Shown here piece after piece: positions 36,866 to 48,892 of a DNA stretch of 64,000 bases. The notes below the pieces were generated by a model, which saw nothing but the letters and a program-made list of their open reading frames with translations, searched no databases and was not told the origin of the DNA. Within the stretch, counting starts at the first letter, position 1; each line of letters begins with the position of its first letter. This DNA is from Amoebophrya sp. A120 (taxonomy: Eukaryota; Protista; Dinoflagellata): positions 7,996,515-8,060,514 of the forward strand of contig CAJINV010000005.1 of the NCBI GenBank assembly GCA_905178155.1, in the 5' to 3' direction. The position numbers were made by a program, and so were the translations under genes.

Positions 36866-37264
36866 AATAATGGGAGCACCTCTACTAGTATCGGTCACGG
36901 GATCTGCGCAAGCGGTTGCGAAGCACGGGCTGCGAACAGAGAAATGAAAGCTCATCTTGAGTAGAAATAAGTAGAAAAAAACGTTATATCATACATAATT
37001 AGAAAACTCACGGAAATACTACGTATTTTTATGCTGCTATACGTCACCCGCAACATCCATCAAGAACCAGCAAGCACGAATGGAGTATGGTACAACGTGA
37101 AGCCGCAAAACATAATCCAAAAACCACAACTCAGTCCAGTCGGTCCCAGACCGAATCTTCGTACAACTTGAGGCATTCAGAGTTGAGATCAAGTTTATTA
37201 TTGTCCGTCTGCATGATGATGTCCCGAGTCACTCGAGGGGGCACGATGAGGAGCGCAAGGGTCC

Positions 37265-40200
37265 TATTATTTGTAAAAACGCCCCCACCCCATAGTTGTG
37301 ATGTCATGTTGGAAGGCTAAGGGCAGGGCGTCCCCATGTAAATTATTTCGACAAACAGTAGCCGCATACCCGGTAAACTCTAGCGGAATTTATTGGGCAG
37401 TGCGATTTCTACCGAAGAACATCCACAGCATCTACTGGGACGGCTGCGACGGAAGATGTGTGGGTGCCCAAGTAGAAATAGTTCTGCGCAACGCCATCAA
37501 CTAGCACCGAGGGAGAAAAAAGAAAGGTAGAAAAGTGAGAAGCGAGATCCTAAGACACAGCCCCACTTACGAAAGAAACACCCTAAAAAGTGGATACACC
37601 TATGCGTAGCAGAGTAAATTGTCCTGAACGCGGGAGCGCGCGCATGAAGAATCAAGCAAGGACGTGCATGCAAATGGCCGAGCAAGTAAAAATATATAGA
37701 GAGTGTAACACTGGTGAAAAAAACGGGCCAGCAGGAACCCGGATGGACAAACGAGAACATCATGACCAAACCAAAGACCACAAAAAGCATGACAAACAAG
37801 GCCAGTCTGCTACACAAGGTGAAGCCAGGGTGGAAATTAGATGTAACCCTGAACGGTAAGCCCATAAAAAATCTAAAGCGCTACACAAAATTCTATCACT
37901 AGACCGGTCAATCCACTTCTGCCTGTACCGTCTCTAACTCTATGGTTTTCTTTGCCACCCTAAGAAGTGGCAAGTGAATGCATGTCATGCCAAGTAGAGA
38001 CCACTACGACGCGCAACAGCGGCGCAAGCCAAGTTTTCATTCCCAGAAGGCAGGAGCCCTCGCATACAAAAGTGCCAGAAACCCTGAACAACATACAAAA
38101 CAGACAGCCGGGCTGTAGAAAACAACAAGGGAAACTGGCAGCGGGAGGGGAAGAGGAAAACCTAGTGTCGTAGCTAGTCGAGAAAACCGGAGGTAGAGTG
38201 CTCGCTATTTTCCGCGTCTTAGTTGGTTGCTCAAGGGTACAGGCGCCGGCTCCACCATGAGCAACCACGCGAAAAATACGTGGATATTACTTTTTACTAT
38301 AGTAAAATATAGTTCGAACTTATCTACGTCGTATAATCATATTTATATAGAAGCTAATAGAGATTCTCTCAGAAAACCAACGCTCTCAAACGCAAGAAGA
38401 CGAACGAGGAATCGAGTCAGCGAGTGAACATCTTAATCGCTTGAAGATCGCGAAGTGCATCGTAGCTCGTGTTTGCGAGCGCGCCACGGTCTGTTTCGGA
38501 GGTGAGAGCAGAAGCACATACAAAGAACAGTCCGTACAGCCATGTGGGGATACAAAATTGAGCTTCATGGAGACTCAACAACAACATGACCAGAACAATT
38601 ATAACAAGAATCCACGGCATGCGCATGACAAAATGAGGGAAAGCTCGAAAAAGTAAGCACCTACTAAGAAAAAACCCACAATGCTGTAACAACAAATACA
38701 AACTCCTCCGGCTCAAGAAATACATATTGCATGCAAGACAGACCTTCTGTGTATAGGTGTCTTTCTTTTGAGGACTACAGGTGGCGCAGAATAAGGGAAA
38801 TAAAAAGAAATAGATAAGATTTAGGATCTCCACACTACATGTCTGCTAACGCGCATCCATGTAATCACCGGGCATTTGCTCAACGTGTGTTCACATTGAG
38901 CAAACACCAATTCCCTTCTACCCCTCATTGTAGCAACTGTAAAGCCAACCCCCAGAGGGGGCAGTCCGATTATGGGAATAATACGGAAAGACAAAAGCCT
39001 GCCCGAGAAGGACATCAGCCAAGGCGAGTAAGCAGCAAGGGCGAGGTAGTGGGCGGCGCGCAGGAAAACACAAACAGGAAAAGGGGCAGGACGCATAACC
39101 AGAGCTCAGGTACCAGACCAGGAGCAGAACCGGGAAAAGATAGGTCCACCAGGAAGTAAGACCAAAAAAGGAGGACGGAGAGGTTTTACCGCCGCAAGCC
39201 GGTGCACGGGTGCATCTGACCACAGGAAACCCGACAACACCCGGTAAAACCAAACCTATAAACAGTTGCTACAATGAAAGAAAACCAAAGAAAACTCCAC
39301 CGACGTCATAACTTAGTTATTTTAACTAGCTAAGCCTCTTGTCGCGGTGTTGTCTGTTCGCGTCTGGGTGTCTGGTTGGTATTGCTTTGTTGCTGGGCTT
39401 GTTCTTGTAGTTTGGTATTTTTACGCGATTCGCTGTTTCGGGCGGTGCTACGGTGGAATAAAGGGATTCATGCCGTGAACAGCTCCAAACCGGCTACTAG
39501 TACTGTTTTGTCTCGACCTCGTGTTTGTCTTCGTTCCTCTTTTCTGTCCTTGTTCCGTACCAATCATATCAACCCCCTCCGACCTATCGCCAGCCTTCCA
39601 AATAGCTAGCTGCCGTGATCTCACCGTCTTAAAAACCCGCTCGAATGATGATAGCTGTACGTTGGTTCTGGGCGTGTACGCAACGATGCTAAAAATTGTA
39701 CTGCATGTTCTGCGTTGTGTAGTTGATAGGCGTGAACGAGGTTCGCGTGTTGTAGTATGTGGAGATGGTAGTTGCTATAGATTTTCATACAAAAGGATTG
39801 AATTGTACCTGAAGTTCGGCGGGCCAGCTCCTAGGAGCCAAACCACAGCCTTCCTACAACAGGGAAAGGTTTTTATTCAGCAGGCGTCCCCGGTACTCAA
39901 GGGGGAGGAAAGCGGTGCTGGGTACACCACCATGGTTATGCAAAAGAAAGCCTGCAAATATGGCCACGCTGGTGTGAAAGCGCGCGGCGAAGAAACGGCC
40001 AGTATAGCCATGCTACTGCGTAGATAGTTGTGATGTCATGCAGATTTGCCTCCGCAGAAACATCTGTAATGCGCATCCGCGTGAGAGGACTTTGTAGTCG
40101 TGTTGTGAGATTTTTAATGCTGTAAACAGGATAAGGTTGCGTCTTGGTGATACGGCTGTCCTCGCTAAACACTACTACATTACAGGTGGAAGCTTGCCAT

Positions 40201-40280
40201 GCATAACTCCCAAAACTTGGAGATTTGTGTTGCAGATTTACCAACTTGACTATGGGGTGGGGACGTTTTTCCACAGGATA
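37265..40280. mobile_element. Composite family B introner (3.0 kb)
   Basis: B TIRs at both ends; TSD ggtcc; carries insertion 37309-40023. Confidence 0.88.
37309..40023. mobile_element. 2.7-kb insertion with 17-bp TSD, no TIR, no long ORF
   Basis: atagttgtgatgtcatg at 37292-37308 and 40024-40040. Confidence 0.82.
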
Positions 40281-40390
40281 GGTCCACGGCGTGCTGTTCG
40301 CCTCCTCGTCCACGTGCTCGGCGAACCCATATCGCAAGAAAAAAGTGTTACAGTTACACATTGTGTTGCAAGACCGGCAACACAGACAAC

Positions 40391-40680
40391 AAGATGTTCT
40401 TGATCTCCACGTTTCTCGATCTTTGCTTTGTTCCTTCGTGGCGCAAGATGCCCTAACAAAACTTAGTTACCGCGGGAATATTATACATTTGTCAAAAATA
40501 AAGGCACTACAGTTTAACTACAAAATCCGTCTACAAGTTTGTAGCACGCGTCACCTATTCACGAGATCCATGTTCGTTCTTCGAGAATCTTTTTCTTCTT
40601 TTTTCTTGAAGCAGTTGGTGATCTATCTTCGCGGGCTTGTGTTGTTGAAAGAACGGCTAAAGCAGTAGAGCCACTGCAGC
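40391..40680 (+). repeat. Diverged copy of the AsnRS upstream region (about 35912-36215)
   Basis: Shared aagatgttcttgatctccacgtttctcgatctttgct...cacgagatccat...; lies between two truncated family-H left ends (40330, 40684). Confidence 0.8.
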
Positions 40681-41616
40681 TTCTATCGCAAGAAAAAAGT
40701 GTTACAGTTACACATTGTCATGCAAGACTGGCAACAGAGACAACCTTTCTCAACTAAACAAAGGCTGTGCTTACACTTCCACCAACTAGAGCAGGAACTA
40801 GAGCAGGAACAAAGATTTCTTGTACAGAACAACATTCGTAGATCTTCCCCACACTCCTCGGACGCATGCGCACCACCACCAGATAAGAATTTCCGTGACC
40901 ATTATTCTGTATTCCCAAAATCAACTGCCAAAATAAAAGTGCTGCGCTCCTAATAGATCCAAATCCTGGCTAAAGGACTTCACATCTACTTCGTCGAGCC
41001 ACCATGTTGTGTAGTAAGCAAGCTGCGAGGAGGTATAGAAGCTCTTATATTTCTCGAGAGTCTTACCTTTGCTCTGTCTACTGGTCATGTACAAAGGGTA
41101 GAACACAAAAATCAAACAAAGCAAACCTATTTTCAAACTCGAATACCCATCGCGTGGTGTTGTTTTTGTTTTTGTTTTTCTTCTTTTTCCAAATCTCTAA
41201 ATCATCATCGCCGTCTTTTTTCAAATCTGTCATGCAGTTTTTTGGGTCATGTACTCGAGAGCTGTTAACAAACGGGTTCGAGTGGTAAAGTCTAACCGTG
41301 CCTACCGTGAATTCTTTAAGCGCACGACATGACCCTGGGAGACAGTTGTGTGAAATTTTTGAAGAGCTAATATTTGAAAACGCACTTTAAACTCTACAAA
41401 AACGACATTTGTAGCATTGCACGACATCATTTTTTGCACGATCGATTTCCCGAGAGACCGACGTCCTGTTTTCCCTTTGCTACGAGCCGATTTCTTTGAG
41501 TTGCATTTTCATCTACGATTTGTAAAAAAAGTTATGTTCCGATTTTGTGCTGTGGGTTCTTCGAAATTTGCATTACAGATTTGTTAACGTCATACCATGC
41601 GGTTTGTGATTTACAT

Positions 41617-43171
41617 TGTGAATTCTATTCTGCGCCGGTTGGTACAGCGTTAAAGATTTGCGTTTTTGATGTGAACATTACCTCCAGCGAGTACCGACCG
41701 ATCGAGATTTACATTTTTTGAAACACAGTCGCCCTAGGTACGACGTGATCCGAAAAAATCCTCGATGTCGTTTCTACGCTCTATCCCTTAGTGTTTTCTT
41801 GTAGTCTTTTACCTTTAAATAAATCAAAAATTATACACGTAGTGCTTTTTATATCTATCCCTCTTTGTTTTCGGTTTGCATGTGCTTGGTCTCTTCGTTC
41901 TTTAGTTTTTCCAGAAAGTCTTTCTTGCATTCTCCAGCCGCCCGCAGGTCAGACGCCAGATCTATAAGTAAATTTAAGCTTATAACCTTGTAGTGCCTAA
42001 ATAGATATCCTTCTCATCCTGATTCAGGCCAACATCCAGCCCAGTTCTGTCGAGGTCGAAGTCGGGGAACTTTTCCGGCACAGCAATCGGCTTACTTACT
42101 TCTTTTGCTGTGCGTTGGAGCTCGTTCTCCCGTCTTGTTCATATGTACTAGAAGTCGGCAGCGTTATTGAAAGGAAAAATCCCCCCTCCCCATATTGAAA
42201 AGGTATGACTTGGAAAACTTGTGTTGCTGATTTGAGGTCACAAATCATATTTGTCTTGCAAGAAGACCAGGGCAGGAGCTTTCGCCCCATTATGGAGGCT
42301 ATTTGTCATGCTGTTGGGTCTAAAGGGGAGCCGTTTGCCATGCTGAGCAACTACACACATACGCCCCTATCTAGCCTGGAGATCTGCCCGCAATGCCTCT
42401 CTGCAATACAAAGCTGATTTGTGTACGCAAATCCAGCATCAGAAACTTCCTTTTGATATGGGGAGGGGGGATTTTTCGTTTTGATAAGCGTGTTTCTGTG
42501 CTCCGGGTGCTGCAAGAAGAACTGGTCCAGCTCGGAAGCGTATCCAGACAAAAAAGATTGTAGGCGCAACAAACTCTCTTGGAGGATTAGCATGACAAAT
42601 ATCTCATCTCGCATGACAGCAAAAACCTGTCATTTCGCTGTGAATTCTATTCTGCGCCGGTTGGTACAGCGTTAAAGATTTGCGTTTTTGATGTGAACAT
42701 TACCTCCAGCGAGTACCGACCGATCGAGATTTACATTTTTTGAAACACAGTCGCCCTAGGTACGACGTGATCCGAAAAAATCCTCGATGTCGTTTCTACG
42801 CTCTATCCCTTAGTGTTTTCTTGTAGTCTTTTACCTTTAAATAAATCAAAAATTATACACGTAGTGCTTTTTATATCTATCCCTCTTTGTTTTCGGTTTG
42901 CATGTGCTTGGTCTCTTCGTTCTTTAGTTTTTCCAGAAAGTCTTTCTTGCATTCTCCAGCCGCCCGCAGGTCAGACGCCAGATCTATAAGTAAATTTAAG
43001 CTTATAACCTTGTAGTGCCTAAATAGATATCCTTCTCATCCTGATTCAGGCCAACATCCAGCCCAGTTCTGTCGAGGTCAAAGTCGGGAAACTTTTCCGG
43101 CAGCACAGTAATCGGTTTACTTACTTCTTTTGCTGTGCGTTGGAGCTCGTTCTCCCGTCTTGTTCATATGT
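41617..43171 (+). repeat. Near-identical direct duplication of about 530 bp (41617-42148 and 42639-43171)
   Basis: Both copies start tgtgaattctattctgcgccggttggtacagcg. Confidence 0.9.
42165..42486. mobile_element. Family E element; empty paralogous sites at 43454 and about 61545
   Basis: TIRs; TSD agcgt. Confidence 0.92.
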
Positions 43172-43521
43172 AAGTAATGAAAATACCAAAACCGACACAT
43201 AAGACTCCAACACATCAAAGCAAACATATGCATATCCACGAGCAGACAGTGATGTTTTTGTTGGAAATTAATCTGAGGAGAATATGGAACGAACATAGCC
43301 CTCGGTTATCAAATCCGTTCTAGCAGGACGACACAGTCCAGCGCTAAAATCGCAAAGCTTCGAATTTCAATAAGTACTTCAGCCTAACGCATCACATGCT
43401 GATCTGCGCTGGAGCTCGTTCTCCCGGCTTGTTCATATGTACTAGAAGTCGGCAGCGTGTTTCTGTGTTCCGGGTGCTGCGAGAAAAACTGGTCCAGCTC
43501 GGAAGCTAGCGTGCTGTCCAA

Positions 43522-46500
43522 CTATTCTTCAGTCTCCCGCTGTTTGTAGGGAATACCCTCGTCAGGTAGCCCCAGTTTTTCGGCCATTACTCTTCCGGCG
43601 AGCGGGTCCTTCACTGTCCACCCGTTTTCGTAGTTGCCAAACAAGCGCCACTCGGGGACGATGTACGAGGCGGGAGGAGAGGAGCCATCGGTGTGAAAGA
43701 GCATGTCCGTGGCCGGGGCGTCTTTCAGCGCGCCGTCACAAAGCGTGCGGCGGAACTCGTGCTGCAGGAAAGCGAAAGATGCTCGCACCTCCTCAAGCCG
43801 CTTTGCCGTCGCCTGCAACACCGGAGACCCGATCACCATCTTTAGCTCGGGCTCCTCAGTGAACAGCTGCGACATCATAACTACCGTGCTCCCCGACTCA
43901 CTTCCAGAGCCCGCAAAGTCCTTCAGCATGACAGCCAAGTCGTTATTTTTGCCGAGGACGAGAGCTGCGTGAGTTGCTTCTCCTTCTTGTTGCGCCGGAT
44001 TTTCCTCCTCAAAAATATTCCAGTGCTCAGTACTCCCTGTGGAAGTCACGACAAGCGCTTCGTCATCCGATAAAACTTTCATTAGCTTCAGCAATGCGAT
44101 TAATATTTCCGTCAATTGATCCAGCTCCTTCTGCGAGCGGAAAAACTCTCTTTTGAACTGTATCTCCTTGTTCTCAACGGCGAGCATTTTGCTGATATCA
44201 ACACCGCCCGACTGCAAAAATTCGACGGCACGTGCGCGCAAGACCAGGCCCGGGTTCTGTTCGTACAGTTGCACTAGCGTCCACAGGTCACTTTTGCACA
44301 CCAACATGGCCCAGCGCAGGCGGTCGGGGCGAAGTTTTTTATTGTCCGCTGTATCCGAGTGGTCGAGCAGCGCTTGACTGGGACAGACATTGTTTCGCAC
44401 TTGATCCGCCCAACCCCCCGACATGGCACCGTTTTTTTCAGTGGTCACGTCGGACTCAATCAGAACCTTATACACCAGCCCACGACGATGAGTTTTATCT
44501 TCGCCGAGGCCACGCACGACTCCAGCCACCTTTTCTTCCAGCTCGGTCCGCATCATCTGCAACGGGACAAACAGAAACGGGTTCCTTAGCTCTCGCTTAG
44601 AAGGCTCCACTTCCGTGACGACAGTGGACGACGCACTTGTTCCAGGCGTCACTGTAGAAGGAGCTCCAGACATGCTAGTAGAGTTCCCCGCTTGGTTATG
44701 AATTTGATGCTCCAAGGCCGGCAAATCAACATCATTCTGCGAGGAACTAGTACCCCTGCTCCGAGGACTTCCACTCCTGGCGCGAGGACGCTTCCTCCCT
44801 CGGGCGAGAGACAACGATCTTCCCTCCTGCTGCGCTCGGGACGACCCTCTTGCGCTCATGCTCGTCGTCGGCCGCGACGGTCTAGTGCTTTTCGCTCGCC
44901 GGGGGTGTAGTGCTTTATTTCGTTCGCCTCCCTTGTCCTGCGTGTTGCTCTTCAACATCCCATCAGCGAGAATAAACTCGAGCGCTGCGCGTGCGTCCGC
45001 CGCGACTGATTCCCGGCGGTCTTTCAATTTTTGGGACGTGACGTCGTCCTCTCCTGCAGCGCCCGCATCCACTTGTCGTTGCCGTTTCTGCGTTTCCTGC
45101 ACCACGTCGAGCAGGAAGTTAGCATAATCCTCTGCTGACTTTAGCCGACGAATGGTTGTCGTCTCCCCCACCTCAGCGATGGGGCCATCGGCATCGTCGT
45201 TGCTTTTCTGAGAAAAACCAAACCCATCTGCAGGAGTTCGCGCTGATGAAGTAGATTCCGTGTTGAGACCAGCACGATATAATCCATCTTCTACTTCACG
45301 ATCGCCCTCAAGCTGTTGGTGGTGACTTCTAGGCGACACACTTCTTCTTGATGCACGAGGAACAATTCCCGGCTCCATGTAGGACTTGAAGCCGGCGTAG
45401 CAGCCGAGCACATTCTCCGCGAATGCTTTCGTCATCGGCACATGGTATTTTGCCAGCCCGGATCCACTTTTCTTTGTTACGATGTCAAGGTCTTGCGCTT
45501 CGATAAATTTTTCCAGCGTGTTCAATTCTTCCTCGCTTTTCTTTTTCTTCTTTTTCATCGCCGAGCCAGATTCAGGTTCAGCCAGACAGAACTCTTGCAG
45601 GTCCACGCTGCTTTCCAGATAGGAAATCAAGACGTCGTCGCAGCCGGAAATATTCCCGGCGTATCAAATGTAAAAATGTCTGGGTCGGGAAACTTGTGAT
45701 GCTGGGTGGCATATCATGAGGAGGCCACAATTGCTGGCTCAGCATGACAAGTTTCTGAGCTTCTAGGTGTTGCCTATTCTGCATGACAAACTACGTTTCT
45801 GCATGACAGAAAAGCGGGGCTCTTTGGTAATGTGCATGACAGATTTAAGAGCCATGCCAGACAAGCATGACAAACTTGCATTTTTCCAGACCCAGACATT
45901 TTTACATTTTATACGGCGATCTGCTTTTCCATTTTCTGCTTGTTTATCCTGGCCAATTTATCCCACAGAAAAAAGCTGGCAGGGCATATTACTATCTATT
46001 ATATTCATGCGAAAAAAGAGGTCTACAGAGGATAGAAGAGAGGTGGCCGAGAGGTCAAAAAGAGGTCAAAAGAGGTAAAAAAGAGGTCGGCAGAGGTGGA
46101 GAGGTGGCGCGGGAGGTCATTCGGGAGGGTGGCCGAGAGGTGGCGCGAGTATAGCCCGCCGAACCGGTCGCCCTAAAGCCGCGCCTATGGGGCCCGGAGG
46201 TGGCCGAGAGGGTAAGCGAGAGGGGGACAGGGGTGCCGAGAGGTTGCGCGAATAAGGGGGAACCTCTCGCGCACCCTCTGGGCCACCTCTCGGCCACCTC
46301 CGTAGACCTCTGCCGGCGAGTACAGGCGGACTATTAGCAACACCTCTCGGGAGAGGTCAAAAAGAGGGCCTGCGAGAGGGTAAAAAGTACCCGAATCCGC
46401 CCGGCACGAGGCCGATTTTGCTGGGGCTGTTTCATGGCGCAGGCCCACACCTCTCGCGCTACCCTCTCGCGCACCCTCTCGCGCCACCCTCTCGCGCTAA

Positions 46501-48141
46501 CCGCTCGCGCCAACAGTTTCCGCCGGGAAGCCAGTTGGGCGGGGGCGGGTGTGTGTGTGATCAACAAAGGGCAGCGCGGTCCCAGTTGTGCTTCGGCACC
46601 GATGCCGAGGCGGCTTCTCTTCGCCCCCAAGCTTCGCTGTAGCTGCTCCCTGCGCATAGCGCCTGAAGGCGCGGGAAGCGCGCAGGAGGCCCTGCGGGTT
46701 GACAGGGCGCAAACCGGCGCCAGCACTTCCTTCGATCTGTCACGCTGTCTGTAAAGCCCTGTCGCTGCGGCCTGATCCGCAAATAGTCCTGCCCCGCCCC
46801 AACAGCCTTGCGCCCCGGCGTCAGCCGGGGCATGGCTGGTAATTTGTAATGCAAAAATAAATACACAGAAAAACCTGTCATGGGCGACCTCGTAGCATGC
46901 TATTTCGGGTATGCAATACAAGTTTTCTTGTCTATTCATTTTTGCATTAAAAAATAAATACACAGAAAAATCTGTCATGGGCGACCTCGTAGCATGCTAT
47001 TTCGGGTATGCAAAGTTTTCTTGTCTATTCATTTTTGCATTACAAATACCAGCCATGCTCCGGCTAACGCCGGAGCGCAAGGCTGTTGCTGGGGCTGGGC
47101 AGGACTATTTGCGGATCGGGCCACAATGCCACAGGTCTAATATGCACAATGAAACATCATACTTACTGGAGTCCTGCCGCCTGTTTGCGCGGCGCCAACC
47201 CGCAGGACCACTTGCGCGCTTCCCGCGCCTGTGGGCGCTCTGCGCAAGGAGCAGCTGCAAAGGACACCGGAGGCGAACAGAAGCACGGGAGGGTGGCGCA
47301 AGAGGGTGGCGCGAGAGGGTGCGCGAGAGGGTGGCGCGAGAGGGTTCAGGCCCTCTGCATGAAAGGGCCGGAAAAGAATCAGCCTTGCGCCGGGCGGATT
47401 CGGGTTTTTCTACCCCTCTCGCAGACCCTCTTTTTCACCTCTTCGGAGAGGTGTTGCTAATAGTCCGGCTATACTCGCCGGTAGAGGTCTACAGAGGTGG
47501 CCGAGAGGTGGCCCAGTGGGTCCGCGGGAGGTTCCCCCTTATTCGCGCAACCTCTCGGCACCTCTGCCCCCCTCTCGCTTACCCTCTCGGGACCCTCTCG
47601 GCCACCTCCGGGCCCCATAGGCGCGGCTTTAGGGCGAACGGTTCGGCTGGCTATACCCGCGCCACCTCTCGGCCATCCTCCCGAACGACCTCCCGCGCCA
47701 CCTCTCCACCTCTGTCGACCTCTTTTTGACCTCTGTTGACCTCTTTTTGACCTCTCGGCCACCTCCCTTCGACCCTCTGTAGACCTCTTTTTTCGCATGA
47801 ATATAATAGATAGTAATGACCTGCCAGTTTTTTTCTGTGTGATACAATTCGCGCAGCGCGTCCTCGTCCGCTTGCAAAAACGAGAGATTCTTGCTGTTGC
47901 CAAAGTCCTGGCTTATTTCATCCACGACGTCCTGCGCAGTTGTCGTCGAACAAGCACCACTCGTTAAATCCTGACGCGCAACAGGAGAAGGATCCGCTTT
48001 ATGTTGACCTTGCATCATGGCCGACACCATTAGTACAGCAGTGGTCATCTCGAGAAAGAGGATGGAAGAATAAGCAGCACAGCTTCCCGCAGATCTGCGC
48101 CCGGCAGGGCGGGCACATCTTGCTCCCGACAAAATGGACAT
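43522..48141 (-). CDS. Hypothetical protein (roughly 830 aa) interrupted by a 1.9-kb foldback intron and one family-A introner
   Basis: ...FLQADEDALREL|ARINKQKMEKQIA|GNISGCDDVLISYLESS... joins the 47629-48141 ORF to the 702-aa ORF in frame. Confidence 0.75.
45662..45913. mobile_element. Introner family A, 252-bp subfamily
   Basis: TIRs; TSD cggcg. Confidence 0.9.
45959..47844. mobile_element. Foldback-like giant introner (1886 bp; inverted arms about 0.8-0.9 kb)
   Basis: TATCCCACAGAAAAAAGCTGGCAGG...CCTGCCAGTTTTTTTCTGTGTGATA; TSD caatt; GAGAGG/CCTCTC-rich arms; central tandem pair of about 95 bp. Confidence 0.92.
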
Positions 48142-48892
48142 CTTGTTTTATTCCGGCGTCACGTGTATGATCTCGAAGGCGCGGCACGCTTTACGTTCAT
48201 ACGAAGTCAATATTGGTTCCCGCCGACCTCGCGAGTGGCCGATTTTACTTGAATTTTTGATCGTGATGCACCCAACTGCAAGGTCTACACTGATGTACTA
48301 GTTAAAGTCTATCAGTGTTCTGAGGGTGCGCTCGCGCTATCAGTTTGCACGCAATCAACTAACGCAAAGAAAATATTCAAATTGTTTGTGCTTCAATGAA
48401 TAGGAGAAAGGAGCAGAAACTCCTTAAGGATGCAATCGCCAAAGTATTTGTTTACGGTTGTAATAAAATCTTTCTCAAAAGTGCAATCTTTTTCAAAACA
48501 ATCTTTTTCACAATAATAGCAAAGCAGCCTTCAAAACAGGTCGTCTTATTTCTGTAGTAGTTTGTCATGCAAATCGTATGACTCGAGGCCTGTGCGGAGT
48601 ACAACATTGAGGTCAAGGGAATTCCATTCTTGTTCTTCACATCAAAGTCTTCTCTTTATATGATTTGTAATGCTATTTCTCGGTGTGTTCTTGTTTTGTT
48701 GTTGTCTTGAGATCTTTACAGCATTTGAGATTTTATCATTCTGGATCGAGTGTTGAGCATTTTGTAGTTGGAACATGAGCATATGCTGACAGGCACTATG
48801 GTCTTCTCGTTCAAGATGAGCACTTGAGCCAAAATGGCTACGGGACAAGGAAGTTTGGTTTTGGGAAATCTTTGTTACTTACAGACTAACAA

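Larger units (their letters stand above)
37131..40329 (-). pseudogene. Orphan 3' gene fragment split by a 3-kb composite introner; 5' part lost in a rearranged region
   Basis: GFAEHVDEEANSTPWT|LALLIVPPRVTRDIIMQTDNNKLDLNSECLKLYEDSVWDRLD* is in frame when 37265-40280 plus 5 nt is removed. Upstream is a truncated element fused to duplicated DNA. Confidence 0.55.

Noticed and set aside
46055-47903. ORFs of 100-272 aa inside the foldback element as a possible transposase
   Set aside because: GC-rich, repetitive, mirrored on both strands, with no DDE or HTH motif recognisable.
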